64,000 nt of DNA from an uncultured Pelagibacteraceae bacterium (GCA_902580275.1 CACHJZ010000005.1:36065-100064); one strand, 5' to 3'. Shown: positions 46,109-55,984, counted from the first letter of the stretch. Made by a program: numbers and translations. The notes: generated by a model from the sequence alone, not told the origin.

Positions 46109-47419
46109 ATGTTAGATAAATATTTTAATTATAAAAAACATAAAACTACTTTTAAAACTGAGGTTATTGCTGGAGTTACTACTTTCCTAACTATGGCATA
46201 CATAATGTTTTTAAACCCTTTTATTTTATCTGGAGAATTTGCAGGACCAGAAAAAGGTTTTTTTGACTTTGGTGCTGTTTTCACGGCCACGATATTAGCC
46301 ACTGCTTTAGCTTGTTTCATAATGGCTTTTTACGGAAAGACTTGGCCAATAGGTTTGGCTCCAGGAATGGGCATAAACGCTTTTGTTGCATTTGGAGTTG
46401 TTGCAGGAATGGGTTATACACCGCAAGAAGCTCTTGGGGCTGTATTAGTTGCGGGTGTTTTATTTTTAATTATATCTTTAACACCAGTCAGATCGTGGTT
46501 AATTAACTCAATACCTAAAAGCTTAAAACTAGGAATAGGAGCAGGTATTGGATTATTTCTGGCAATTATTGGTTTAGAAATTATGGGAGTAGTTGGAGAT
46601 CATCCAGTTACACTTGTGACTTTAGGAGATATAAAAAATCCGTTAGTTATTCTAGGATGTCTTACATTTGTAGCAATTATTGTCATGGAAAAACTTAACA
46701 TTAAAGGAAATATAATAATTGGAATAATTGCTTTCAGTATTATTGCATGGGTAAGTGGATTAGCAAAATTTAATGGGGTTGTGGGAAGTATACCTCCAAT
46801 GACTTATCTTTTTGAATTTGACTTATCAGCAGCTTTGACAGCAAGTATGTCAACAGTAGTGTTCACATTATTGTTTATAGATTTTTTTGACACTGCTGGA
46901 ACTTTAACATCAGTTGCTAACGTTGCAGGCAAAGTTGATAACAAAGGTAGAGTTCAAGATATCAATAAAGCAATGATGTCTGACAGCGTTGGTACTGTTG
47001 CTGGAGCATTAATGGGAACTACAACCGTTACTAGTTACGTTGAATCAGGAGCCGGTGTAAAAGCTGGCGGCAGAACTGGAATGACATCTTTAGTAATTGG
47101 TGTTTTGTTTCTTGCATGTTTATTTTTTGCACCTCTTGCAACAAGTTTACCAAAAGAAATCGATGGAGCGGCGTTACTTTATGTGGCTGTTTTATTCGTA
47201 AGAAATATTACTGATATAGAATGGGATGACATTGCAGAGTCAGCTCCTGCTGTACTTGCCATGATAGCAATGCCTTTAACATACAGTATAAGCAATGGTA
47301 TAGCGTTAGCGTTTATTTCTTATGCGTTAATAAAAATATTCACTGGTAAATTTTCTACAACTTCTCCTGCTATATGGGTTATTGCAGTTCTTAGTGGAAT
47401 AAGTTTTGCTGTAGCTTAA
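46109..47419 (+). CDS. NCS2/AzgA-family purine (adenine/guanine/hypoxanthine) permease
   Basis: 436 aa with about 12 TM helices, N-terminal FKTEVIAGVTTFLTMAYIMFLNP and SYVESGAGVKAGGRTG motifs. A GGAGG Shine-Dalgarno sequence lies upstream. Confidence 0.85.
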   Translation: MLDKYFNYKKHKTTFKTEVIAGVTTFLTMAYIMFLNPFILSGEFAGPEKGFFDFGAVFTATILATALACFIMAFYGKTWPIGLAPGMGINAFVAFGVVAGMGYTPQEALGAVLVAGVLFLIISLTPVRSWLINSIPKSLKLGIGAGIGLFLAIIGLEIMGVVGDHPVTLVTLGDIKNPLVILGCLTFVAIIVMEKLNIKGNIIIGIIAFSIIAWVSGLAKFNGVVGSIPPMTYLFEFDLSAALTASMSTVVFTLLFIDFFDTAGTLTSVANVAGKVDNKGRVQDINKAMMSDSVGTVAGALMGTTTVTSYVESGAGVKAGGRTGMTSLVIGVLFLACLFFAPLATSLPKEIDGAALLYVAVLFVRNITDIEWDDIAESAPAVLAMIAMPLTYSISNGIALAFISYALIKIFTGKFSTTSPAIWVIAVLSGISFAVA

Positions 47420-47430
47420 ATTTATTTAAA

Positions 47431-47460
47431 AATAAGGCCAGATTTAATTCTGGCCTTATT
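47431..47460. terminator. Bidirectional hairpin shared by the permease and phosphoribosyltransferase genes
   Basis: Perfect 12-bp stem AATAAGGCCAGA (47431-47442) / TCTGGCCTTATT (47449-47460) with loop TTTAAT. The right arm contains the stop codon (47456-47458) of the minus-strand gene. Confidence 0.7.
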
Positions 47461-47977
47461 TATTTCTCTCAATTATTTTATCAATAGATATTTCCTCATA
47501 GTGTTCAGTTGGTTGAACAATCCACGGATCTCCATCTAATTTGATGGGACAAAAATCCGGATTAAATTTAGATGATTTTTTTTTCCATAAACAGGCAGTT
47601 TTAATATCTTTTATATAACTTTTTACTGGTTCATAATTTTTTAACCAGTCAATACTTCTATTTAAAGTGAGCCCTGTATCTGATAAATCATCGACCAACA
47701 AAACTCTTTCAAAGTCTTTTTGCTGCGCTATTGAGCTTATGTCTCTTGCAAAAATTAGATCTCCTTGCTTATCCTCTAATCCTTTTCCTGAATAGCTTTG
47801 TATAACAATATAAGCTGTCGGTAATTTAAATATTCTTGATAAAATATCTATTATAGGTGCGGCTCCCCTCATAATACCAACAAGTACAGTTGGTTTGAAT
47901 TTTTTATTAACCTCTATTGCGAGCTTTTCAACAGTATCAAGGTATTCTTGAAAATTTATTATTAATTTTTTTTCCAT
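47456..47977 (-). CDS. Purine phosphoribosyltransferase (xanthine-guanine/hypoxanthine type)
   Basis: 173 aa with the PRPP-binding motif VLLVDDLSDTGLTL and a C-terminal PWIVQPTE resembling Gpt. Confidence 0.78.
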   Translation of the reverse strand: MEKKLIINFQEYLDTVEKLAIEVNKKFKPTVLVGIMRGAAPIIDILSRIFKLPTAYIVIQSYSGKGLEDKQGDLIFARDISSIAQQKDFERVLLVDDLSDTGLTLNRSIDWLKNYEPVKSYIKDIKTACLWKKKSSKFNPDFCPIKLDGDPWIVQPTEHYEEISIDKIIERNK

Positions 47978-48019
47978 TTATAATTATTATTATAGTATTA
48001 GATTTAATTAAATATATTT

Positions 48020-48910
48020 ATGAAAATATTTGACTGTTTTATGTATTTTGACGAAGATTTAGTTTTAGACTTAAGACTAAATCTTTTGGATGATCAAGTA
48101 GATTACTTTGTGATAGTTGAAAGTAAATTTAATCATAAAGGTGAAAAAAGAGATTTAAAATTTGATATTGGTAGATATCAAAGGTTTAAAAAAAAAATTC
48201 TCTATTTGGTTTACGATCAAATACCAAATAATTTAGATATAATCAAAGAAGATGAAGATAAGGATATAACAATCAGCAAATATATGTTTAACGCAGGAAA
48301 AAGAGAAAATAGCCAAAGAAACTTTATAGTAAATGGATTAACAGAGGCTGATAATGAAGATTTAATTTTAATTTCTGATGTAGACGAAATACCTAATCTT
48401 CAAAATCTAGATTTTTCAAAAATTAATAAGAAAATTATAATGTTCAAACAAGAAATGTTTTATTATAAATTTAATTTAAAATTACCTAATTTTTCATGGA
48501 TAGGAACAAAAGCTTGTCAGAAAAAGAATTTAAAAAGTCCTCAATGGCTAAGAAACATAAAAGACAGGGAGTTTCCTTTTTATAGGTTAGATACTCTTTT
48601 TTCAGATAATAAATACTCGAGTATTAAATTCATAGATAACGGTGGATGGCATTTTACAAATATTAAAACTCCAGAAGAAATTTACCACAAACTAAAGTCT
48701 TACCTTCATCACATTGAATTTGAATTAGAACCTTTAACAATTAAACAAATTACAGAAATTATGAATGAAAAACGAGCAATATATAATTTAAATGTTGATC
48801 AAAGAACAAAAAAATTTGGTAAAGGAGAAAAACTTTTGAAATATGATTTTCAGAAATTGCCTGATTATATTAAAAATAACAAATCAAAATATGAAAGGTG
48901 GTTAGACTAA
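48020..48910 (+). CDS. Glycosyltransferase family 17-like (bisecting GlcNAc-transferase homolog)
   Basis: 296 aa with MKIFDCFMYFDEDLVLDLRLNLLDDQVDYFVIVES and ISDVDEIP motifs characteristic of bacterial GT17 homologs. Confidence 0.62.
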   Translation: MKIFDCFMYFDEDLVLDLRLNLLDDQVDYFVIVESKFNHKGEKRDLKFDIGRYQRFKKKILYLVYDQIPNNLDIIKEDEDKDITISKYMFNAGKRENSQRNFIVNGLTEADNEDLILISDVDEIPNLQNLDFSKINKKIIMFKQEMFYYKFNLKLPNFSWIGTKACQKKNLKSPQWLRNIKDREFPFYRLDTLFSDNKYSSIKFIDNGGWHFTNIKTPEEIYHKLKSYLHHIEFELEPLTIKQITEIMNEKRAIYNLNVDQRTKKFGKGEKLLKYDFQKLPDYIKNNKSKYERWLD

Positions 48911-49197
48911 TGAAAGGTTACTGGGTGTGTATATACGAAAAAATCGACAATCCTGAAAAATTAAAAGAGTATGCCTCAAAGGCTAAGCCAGCTGTCGAAA
49001 AGTTTTCTGGAAAATTCATTGTAAGAGGAGGAAAAAATAAAACTACGGAAGGTATTAATTCTCCACGTACTGTTGTTGTTGAATTCCCTGATTATAATAC
49101 AGCTATAGAATGTTATGACTCGAAGGAATACCAAGATGCTCATGAAATACTTAATGGGCATGTTGTAAGACATCACCAAATAGTGGAAGCTAGCTAA
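48910..49197 (+). CDS. DUF1330 domain protein
   Basis: The track ORF starts at 48898; the ATG at 48910 forms a TAATG overlap with the GT17 stop. MKGYWVCIYEKIDNPEKLKEYASKAKPAVEKFSGKFIVRGG...VVVEFPDYNTAIECYDSKEYQ fits the DUF1330 pattern. Confidence 0.62.
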   Translation: MKGYWVCIYEKIDNPEKLKEYASKAKPAVEKFSGKFIVRGGKNKTTEGINSPRTVVVEFPDYNTAIECYDSKEYQDAHEILNGHVVRHHQIVEAS

Positions 49198-49820
49198 TAC
49201 TGAATAGGTTCATCATCTATAGATCTCCATAAATACCAAGTTGCAACTGAACAGTAGGGTGAAAATTTTTTATATAATTTATCAACAAAAATTTTCGGTG
49301 GTAAATATTTTTTATTATAGTTGTTAGATATCGCTCGTAAAAGACCTATATCCTGTAAAGGCCAGATATTTTGTCTGTTAAAAGTGAAAAGCAAAATCAT
49401 TTCAGCTGACCACCTACCAATCTGTCTTAAAGTTGATAAATATGCTATCGCATCCTCGTCATTCATATTCTTAATTAAATTTGGATTAAAACTTTTATTA
49501 TGAAACTTACTTGCTAGTTCTTTAATACCTTTAACTTTTTGACGACTTAATCCACATTTTTTTAGCTGTTTTGAACTTAATTTATTTACTGTTTTTGGAT
49601 TTATTTTATTTTTGCAAAGCTTTTTAAATTTTATAAACACAGAGTTTGCCGCAGCAACACTGATCTGTTGGCCTATAATACTTTTACATAGGGAAAAAAA
49701 AATATCTCTTCTTGTAGTTAAAAACGTGTCGTTATACTTTTTTATTAGAGACCTCATAATCTTATCTTTTGATGATAAATGACTGATTGCTTTATTCCAG
49801 TATTTAGGTGGTTTAGTCAT
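49194..49820 (-). CDS. alkA: DNA-3-methyladenine glycosylase II / HhH-GPD family
   Basis: 208 aa with helix-hairpin-helix LSTLRQIGRWSAEMILLF and a downstream catalytic Asp region (WPLQDIGL). Confidence 0.7.
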   Translation of the reverse strand: MTKPPKYWNKAISHLSSKDKIMRSLIKKYNDTFLTTRRDIFFSLCKSIIGQQISVAAANSVFIKFKKLCKNKINPKTVNKLSSKQLKKCGLSRQKVKGIKELASKFHNKSFNPNLIKNMNDEDAIAYLSTLRQIGRWSAEMILLFTFNRQNIWPLQDIGLLRAISNNYNKKYLPPKIFVDKLYKKFSPYCSVATWYLWRSIDDEPIQY

Positions 49821-50694
49821 GTCGCGCCGTTGAAATTTGCTTTTTTAATAAAATCTCTCTTCTAAAAATGATTACTGAAGAGGTAATAACTAATGTTGCA
49901 CCTACTAAAGTTTTTATTGTTGGTATTTCATCCCAAATGAAATAACCAAAAATTATTGCAAAAACTAAAGCTAAATATTTTAATGGAGTAACCAATGATA
50001 CCTCTGAAAATTTATAAGATTGGCTCAGCCATAGATTTGCAACACCTCCAAAAATTCCTATTAAGGATAAAAGTATTAGGTCTATTAAATTTGGCATTAA
50101 CCACCCATAAGGTATCGTAAATAAACCCGCTAATGTAATTGCTGCAGAAAAATATAATGAAATTAGCCAAACTGGTTCTGTCGAGGATAATTGTCTGATT
50201 GAAATAGCAACATATGACATTCCTAAAACGAAAATAACTGGAAAGATATAATAAACATTTAAAGAACTTAAACCCGGTTCAGAAATAATAATAATTCCAA
50301 CGAAACCAACAAAGACCGCTAACCATCTAAAATAACCAACTTTTTCACTTAAGAAAAAAATTGAAAAAATTGTTGTAAAAATTGGTGCAGCAAACGAAAT
50401 ACTTACAACGGTTGCCAATGGTAGATTTCTCAATGCTGTGAAAATAGAGAGTAAAGCCATCAGTCCAAAAAAACATCTTGAGAAGTGTAACATTGGCCTT
50501 TTTGTGAAATAAAAATCTTTAAGTCTTTCTTTAGGGATCACAAAATAATAAAGAACTAAGCCAAAAAAACCTCTGAAAAAGATTACCTGGCCTAAAGGGT
50601 AGTTATCTGACCATTTTACAATTAGATCCATTACGGAAAATGCACATACAGACAAGAACATGTACAAAAAACCTAATTGATTTTTAGAAAACAT
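49813..50694 (-). CDS. DMT-superfamily (EamA/RhaT-like) transporter
   Basis: 293 aa with ten TM helices arranged as two EamA-like repeats. Confidence 0.78.
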   Translation of the reverse strand: MFSKNQLGFLYMFLSVCAFSVMDLIVKWSDNYPLGQVIFFRGFFGLVLYYFVIPKERLKDFYFTKRPMLHFSRCFFGLMALLSIFTALRNLPLATVVSISFAAPIFTTIFSIFFLSEKVGYFRWLAVFVGFVGIIIISEPGLSSLNVYYIFPVIFVLGMSYVAISIRQLSSTEPVWLISLYFSAAITLAGLFTIPYGWLMPNLIDLILLSLIGIFGGVANLWLSQSYKFSEVSLVTPLKYLALVFAIIFGYFIWDEIPTIKTLVGATLVITSSVIIFRREILLKKQISTARHD

Positions 50695-50728
50695 AAGATT
50701 AACTTTAGTTTAATAAACTTAATAATCA

Positions 50729-51172
50729 ATGGAAATAGCAGTATTAGCTTGTGGATGCTTTTGGGGACCTGAAATAAAGTTCAGTAGATTAGACGGTGTT
50801 TTTAAAACTGAGGTAGGTTATTGCGGAGGTAACACGAGTAAAACAAGTTATCAAGAAGTTTGTGAAGGAGACACGAATCATGCTGAAGTTGTTAAATTAG
50901 ACTTTGATCCAAACATAATTTCATATGAAAAAATTTTAGATTACTTTTTTGAAATACATGATCCTACAACCTTAAATTCTCAAGGACCAGACTTTGGTAC
51001 ACAGTATAGAAGTGAAATTTTTTATCTTAATGATGAGCAGAAAAATATTGCAAAAAAAATAATAGAAAAATATAACAAAAAATACTCCGGGAAAGTGGTT
51101 ACTAAAATTTCACAAATAAAAAATTATTGTATAGCTGAGGAATATCATCAAAAATATCTAGAAAAAAGGTAA
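50729..51172 (+). CDS. msrA: Peptide methionine-S-sulfoxide reductase
   Basis: 147 aa with the active site ACGCFWGPE, plus HAEVVKLDFDP and EEYHQKYL. Confidence 0.92.
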   Translation: MEIAVLACGCFWGPEIKFSRLDGVFKTEVGYCGGNTSKTSYQEVCEGDTNHAEVVKLDFDPNIISYEKILDYFFEIHDPTTLNSQGPDFGTQYRSEIFYLNDEQKNIAKKIIEKYNKKYSGKVVTKISQIKNYCIAEEYHQKYLEKR

Positions 51173-51988
51173 ATGTCTTTAGTAGAAACTACTTGGGTTG
51201 AAAATAATTTGAGTAATATAAAATTGATTGATTGTTCTTGGCATCTTCCTAGTGCTTCGAGAAATCCATATCAAGAATATTTGAATCAGCATTTACCAAA
51301 TGCATTGTTTTTTGATCTAGATAAAAATTCTGATCAAAATACTGAATTACCACATATGTTGCCGTCTCGTGAAAAGTGGGATGAAATTGTTTCAGGTTTA
51401 GGTATAAAAAATGAAGATAGAATTATTGTTTATGATAATTCTGATTTAATCAGCTCCTGTAGATTATGGTACACTTTTATCTATTTTGGACATGACCCTA
51501 AGCTTGTAAGTGTTATGAATGGTGGCCTTGAAAAATGGCAATCAGAAAAAAGACTGATTACAAAAGAAGTAACAGTTTTTACCAAATCGCATTACATATC
51601 AAAAGAAAAAAAAGATTTAGTAAAATCAAAGACGCAAATTGAACAAAATATTATTAATCAGGAATTTAAAATTCTTGATGCAAGAAGTAAAGAAAGATTT
51701 GAGGGGAAAGAAAAAGAGCCAAGAAAAGGTTTAAGAAGTGGATCTATACCAAATTCTTTATGCTTGCCATTCAAGCAATTAATAGAAAAAGATAAAACAT
51801 TTAAATCTAAAGAACAATTATTAAAAATTTTTAAATCAGTTTTAAAACATGATTTTTCATCAAAAATTGTGTTTTCATGCGGCTCTGGTGTTACAGCCTC
51901 AGTTTTAGCACTTGCATATTCCTTAATTGATAATAAGTATAATCCTGTCATTTATGATGGTTCATGGTCAGAGTATGGCAGAATATAA
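51173..51988 (+). CDS. 3-mercaptopyruvate/thiosulfate sulfurtransferase (tandem rhodanese)
   Basis: 271 aa with two rhodanese domains and the active-site loop SCGSGVTAS. Its ATG immediately follows the msrA TAA. Confidence 0.8.
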   Translation: MSLVETTWVENNLSNIKLIDCSWHLPSASRNPYQEYLNQHLPNALFFDLDKNSDQNTELPHMLPSREKWDEIVSGLGIKNEDRIIVYDNSDLISSCRLWYTFIYFGHDPKLVSVMNGGLEKWQSEKRLITKEVTVFTKSHYISKEKKDLVKSKTQIEQNIINQEFKILDARSKERFEGKEKEPRKGLRSGSIPNSLCLPFKQLIEKDKTFKSKEQLLKIFKSVLKHDFSSKIVFSCGSGVTASVLALAYSLIDNKYNPVIYDGSWSEYGRI

Positions 51989-51991
51989 TTT

Positions 51992-52861
51992 ATGAAAAAT
52001 TCAAAAAAAGTTTTAATTGGCGTTGTAATTTTTTTTATAATAATTGCAATTGTTGTGATTGGAAGAACAATGGTTGGAAACCATTTCAAAAAAAAATTTA
52101 GCAAAAGACCACCTCCTGGAATTATTGTCAAATTAGTTTCTGAAAAAGCCTTCTCAGAGAGAATCGAAAGTTTTGGCACTGCAATTTCAAAAAAAACAAA
52201 ATCCTATCGGATTCAAAAAAGTGACTTAATTTCTGAACTAAAATTAGATAGTTATGTAGAGAAAGGATCTTTAATAGTCAAATTGAAGGACAAAGATATT
52301 ATTGCACCATTTAGTGGTGTTCTTGGTTATAGAGGTATTACAGAGGATGTCCTAGGATCAGATAATTCTCTCATTATAACTTTAGATGATAGTTCGGTAA
52401 TATACGCCGATTTAAAAATACCTGAATCTTTTGCGCCAGTTATTAAAAAAAATTTGCCAGTAGAAGTAAAGTTTTCAGGAATAAAAAACAAAATTTTTTC
52501 TGGAAAAGTAGAAGGTTATTCAAGTAGAATCAGCGCAGATACAAGAAGTTTATTAACAAGGATTAAAATAGATAACAAAGATTATGAGTTAATACCAGGG
52601 TCACTACTTGAAGTAAGTGTGAAATTTAATCAAAGAAATTCTCTATCAGTTCCTGACACAAGTGTGATGCTAGAGGGAGAAAGCTCTTTTGTATATAAAG
52701 TGCTTGATGATAATAGTTTAGAAAAAACTCAAATCCAAATTGGAAATAGAGATGAAGGGTTTATAGAGGTAATTTCAGGATTAAATGAGGGTGATCTAAT
52801 TGTTGCAGAAGGTCTAAAAAAAGTAAATCCAAAAGGAAAAATTAAACCAATTAAAAAGTAA
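51992..52861 (+). CDS. RND efflux periplasmic adaptor (membrane fusion protein)
   Basis: 289 aa with an N-terminal TM anchor and lipoyl/beta-barrel-like segments (APFSGVLGY, PGSLLEVSV). It lies directly upstream of the RND pump. Confidence 0.75.
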   Translation: MKNSKKVLIGVVIFFIIIAIVVIGRTMVGNHFKKKFSKRPPPGIIVKLVSEKAFSERIESFGTAISKKTKSYRIQKSDLISELKLDSYVEKGSLIVKLKDKDIIAPFSGVLGYRGITEDVLGSDNSLIITLDDSSVIYADLKIPESFAPVIKKNLPVEVKFSGIKNKIFSGKVEGYSSRISADTRSLLTRIKIDNKDYELIPGSLLEVSVKFNQRNSLSVPDTSVMLEGESSFVYKVLDDNSLEKTQIQIGNRDEGFIEVISGLNEGDLIVAEGLKKVNPKGKIKPIKK

Positions 52862-55800
52862 ATGTTTATAACTGATTTAAGTATAAGAAGACCGGTAGTC
52901 TCTTGGGTAATGTCTCTTATATTAGTTTTATTTGGCATATTTGTATTTTGGAAATTGCCTGTAAGAGAATTACCATCAGGTCTTCAGCCACCAGTTGTTC
53001 AGGTAAAAGTGGATTACAAATCAGCATCAGCACCTATAATTGATCAAGAGGTTACTCAAGTTTTAGAAGATGTAATTGGTGGAGCAGAAGGTATTAAAAA
53101 TATTGACTCAGTGTCTGAAAATGGAAGGAGTACAATTAGTATTGAGTTTGATACAGAAATGGATTTAGACAATGCTGCAAATGATATACGAGAAAGAGTA
53201 GCTAGAGTTGCAGATAATTTACCCACTGAGGCAGAGGCTCCACAAATATTAAAACAGGCTGCGGGTTTTACGACAACTATGTGGATAGCGCTTTCTTCTC
53301 CCTCATGGAGTGATTTGGAATTGGGAGATTACGCAGAGAGATATTTAGTTGATAGATTTTCAAGTATTAAAAATGTTGGAAGAATTTTAGTAGGTGGTCT
53401 AAGGGAATTAAGTGTCAGGATTTGGATAGATCCAATAAAATTAGCTGCTAATGATTTAACCATTCAAGAATTAGAAAATGCACTCAGAAGCGAAAATGTT
53501 AGTCTTCCAGCTGGAACTTTAGAAGCAACTAATGTTGATCTTACTCTAAATCTAGATAAATCTTATACAACAATTGACCAACTAAAAAGCTTGCCCTTAA
53601 AAAAGAACAAAGACAACATAGTAAAATTGTCTGATGTTGCTGAGGTTGAATTTGGCCCTGTTTCAGAAAAAACATTATTTAAGGCGCAAAGAAAAGATAA
53701 TCTTAACTTAAAAACAGTAGGTATAGGTATTTACGCTAGAAGTGGAGCATCAACAGTTGAACTGTCAAAAGATATCAAAAAAAAGCTAAAAGAAGTTAGA
53801 AAGTCTTTGCCGGATGGATTAAATATAGAAGTTGCATTTAATAGAGCAAACTATGTTGGAGCAGCAATTAATGAAGTATACAAAACTCTTTTCATAGCTT
53901 TTATATTAGTAGTAATCATTATTTATTTGTTTCTTGGAAATTTAAAAGCAGTGATAGTGCCAGCGGTTGCGCTTCCCGTAAGTCTAATCGCATCTTTTTT
54001 AGGAATTTATATTTTTGATCTATCAATAAATATATTTGTTCTGTTGTCTTTTATTTTAGCTATTGGAATAATTACAGATGACTCGGTCATTATGACAGAC
54101 GCAATTTATAGAAGAATTGAAAATGGTGAAAAACCCCTTGTAGCAGCTTATAAAGGATCAAAGCAAATAACATTTGCAATTATTGCTACTACTCTGATAT
54201 TGGTTGCAGTATTTTTACCGCTAATTTTCATAAAGGGAATTTCTGGAACCTTATTCAGAGAAACAGCGATCGCATTATCTTTTTCTGTAGTTATTTCATC
54301 ATTTGTTGCTCTAACCTTATCTCCAATGCTTGGAAGTAGATTTTTAACACTAAAAACTAAGCAAAATAAAATTATAAGTAAATTTAATAATTTTTTTAAA
54401 TCATTTCTAAAATTTTATAAAGAAAGCCTTAATTATTTTCTCGATAAACAAAAGTTAATAATTTCATTTATGATTTTAGTAATTATTTCTTCAGTATTAT
54501 TATTTAATTTTTCAAAAAAGGAACTGCTTCCTCTTGAAGATAGAGGGGCATATTTAGTAATCGGAATGACTGATGAAGGAAGCTCATTTGAGTACACACA
54601 GGAAAGAGCACAAGAAATAGAGTCTAAATTAATTCCTCTGTTGCAGGAAGAAAATAGCCCGTATAGAAGATTTATAATGCGAGTTCCAGGTTTTGGTAGA
54701 TCAAGTAATTCTTTTAATACTTTTATAATAATAGCTTTACTTAATCATTGGGATGATAGAAGTAAAAATACACAATCAGTTATGAGAGAAGCTATAGGAA
54801 AGATAGTAACTAATCCACAAGCGATTGCTTTTCCTATTTCACCACAATCAATAAGAGTTTCAAATTATAACAAACCAGTTCAAATGGTAATTTTAGGATC
54901 ATCTTATGAGGAACTCGAGCAAATTCAGAATAACTTAATATCGGAATTAAGAAAAAATAAAAATTTGTCAAGAATTGAGTCAGATTATTCTAAAAATAAA
55001 CCAGAGGTAAAATTAATTATCAACAAAAATAAAGCAAAAGATTTAGGGGTATCAACAGACCAAATAGGCAAGACTTTGGAAACTCTTTATGGTGGAAAAA
55101 CTGTTACAACATTTAATAAACTTGGAAAAGAATATCCAATTATAGTACAAAAATATTTGTCAGATAGAAGAAGTAAAGAAAGTTTAGCAAAAATTTTTGT
55201 AAGATCTGAAAATAACTCAAAACTTATATCACTGGCAAATTTAGTTGATTTTAAGGAAGAAGGATCAGCCAAAATTCTTTCAAGATATAATAGACAACGA
55301 GCAGTAACTATATCTGCTAATATAAACGAAGGATATTCATTAAGTGAAGCAATAAGATATTTAGAAAAAACTATGGAAAATGTTTCACCCCAGAATCAGA
55401 TTTCCTGGAAGGGAAAATCTGAAGAGTTAAAAGAAACCTCAAATGAATTATTTATAATATTTGCTTTAGCATTAATAACCGCTTATTTAGTTATGGCAGC
55501 TACTTTTAACTCATTTATTCATCCATTTATAATAATAATGACTGTCCCGCTAGCTGTATTTGGTGGATTGGTTTTCATTCTTTTTTTAAATAGTTCAATC
55601 AATATTTTTTCACAAATTGCTCTTGTTATTCTCATTGGTATATCTACAAAAAATAGTATCTTAATTGTAGATTTTGCAAATCAACTTAGAGCATCTGGAA
55701 AAAATATTGATAATGCAATAAAGGAAGCGTGCGATATGAGATTCAGACCTATTATAATGACATCTCTTAGCACAATGATAGCAATGGTTCCTTTAGTAAT

Positions 55801-55984
55801 TGGAAATATTGGACCTGGGGCCGGGGAAGGCTCTAGACTTGCAGTTGGATCTACTATTTTAGGAGGCATGATTATATCAACATTTTTTACACTATATGTA
55901 ACTCCAACCATGTACTTGATGTTAGCAAAGAATACTAAACGAATTGATGCTGTTGATATTGAATTAAAGAAGCAACTTAATTAA
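52862..55984 (+). CDS. RND-family efflux pump, inner-membrane component (AcrB/AcrD/AcrF family)
   Basis: 1040 aa, starting DLSIRRPVVSWVMSLILVLFG, with 12 TM helices and two large periplasmic loops. Its ATG follows the adaptor TAA with no gap. Confidence 0.92.
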   Translation: MFITDLSIRRPVVSWVMSLILVLFGIFVFWKLPVRELPSGLQPPVVQVKVDYKSASAPIIDQEVTQVLEDVIGGAEGIKNIDSVSENGRSTISIEFDTEMDLDNAANDIRERVARVADNLPTEAEAPQILKQAAGFTTTMWIALSSPSWSDLELGDYAERYLVDRFSSIKNVGRILVGGLRELSVRIWIDPIKLAANDLTIQELENALRSENVSLPAGTLEATNVDLTLNLDKSYTTIDQLKSLPLKKNKDNIVKLSDVAEVEFGPVSEKTLFKAQRKDNLNLKTVGIGIYARSGASTVELSKDIKKKLKEVRKSLPDGLNIEVAFNRANYVGAAINEVYKTLFIAFILVVIIIYLFLGNLKAVIVPAVALPVSLIASFLGIYIFDLSINIFVLLSFILAIGIITDDSVIMTDAIYRRIENGEKPLVAAYKGSKQITFAIIATTLILVAVFLPLIFIKGISGTLFRETAIALSFSVVISSFVALTLSPMLGSRFLTLKTKQNKIISKFNNFFKSFLKFYKESLNYFLDKQKLIISFMILVIISSVLLFNFSKKELLPLEDRGAYLVIGMTDEGSSFEYTQERAQEIESKLIPLLQEENSPYRRFIMRVPGFGRSSNSFNTFIIIALLNHWDDRSKNTQSVMREAIGKIVTNPQAIAFPISPQSIRVSNYNKPVQMVILGSSYEELEQIQNNLISELRKNKNLSRIESDYSKNKPEVKLIINKNKAKDLGVSTDQIGKTLETLYGGKTVTTFNKLGKEYPIIVQKYLSDRRSKESLAKIFVRSENNSKLISLANLVDFKEEGSAKILSRYNRQRAVTISANINEGYSLSEAIRYLEKTMENVSPQNQISWKGKSEELKETSNELFIIFALALITAYLVMAATFNSFIHPFIIIMTVPLAVFGGLVFILFLNSSINIFSQIALVILIGISTKNSILIVDFANQLRASGKNIDNAIKEACDMRFRPIIMTSLSTMIAMVPLVIGNIGPGAGEGSRLAVGSTILGGMIISTFFTLYVTPTMYLMLAKNTKRIDAVDIELKKQLN

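Noticed and set aside
50707-50719. Palindrome AGTTTA-A-TAAACT in the DMT/msrA divergent spacer. Similar AT-only palindromes occur at 15318-15353 and 19930-19981.
   Set aside because: They have arms of 6 bp or less made almost entirely of A/T, which is expected by chance at this composition. No supporting recurrence was noticed.
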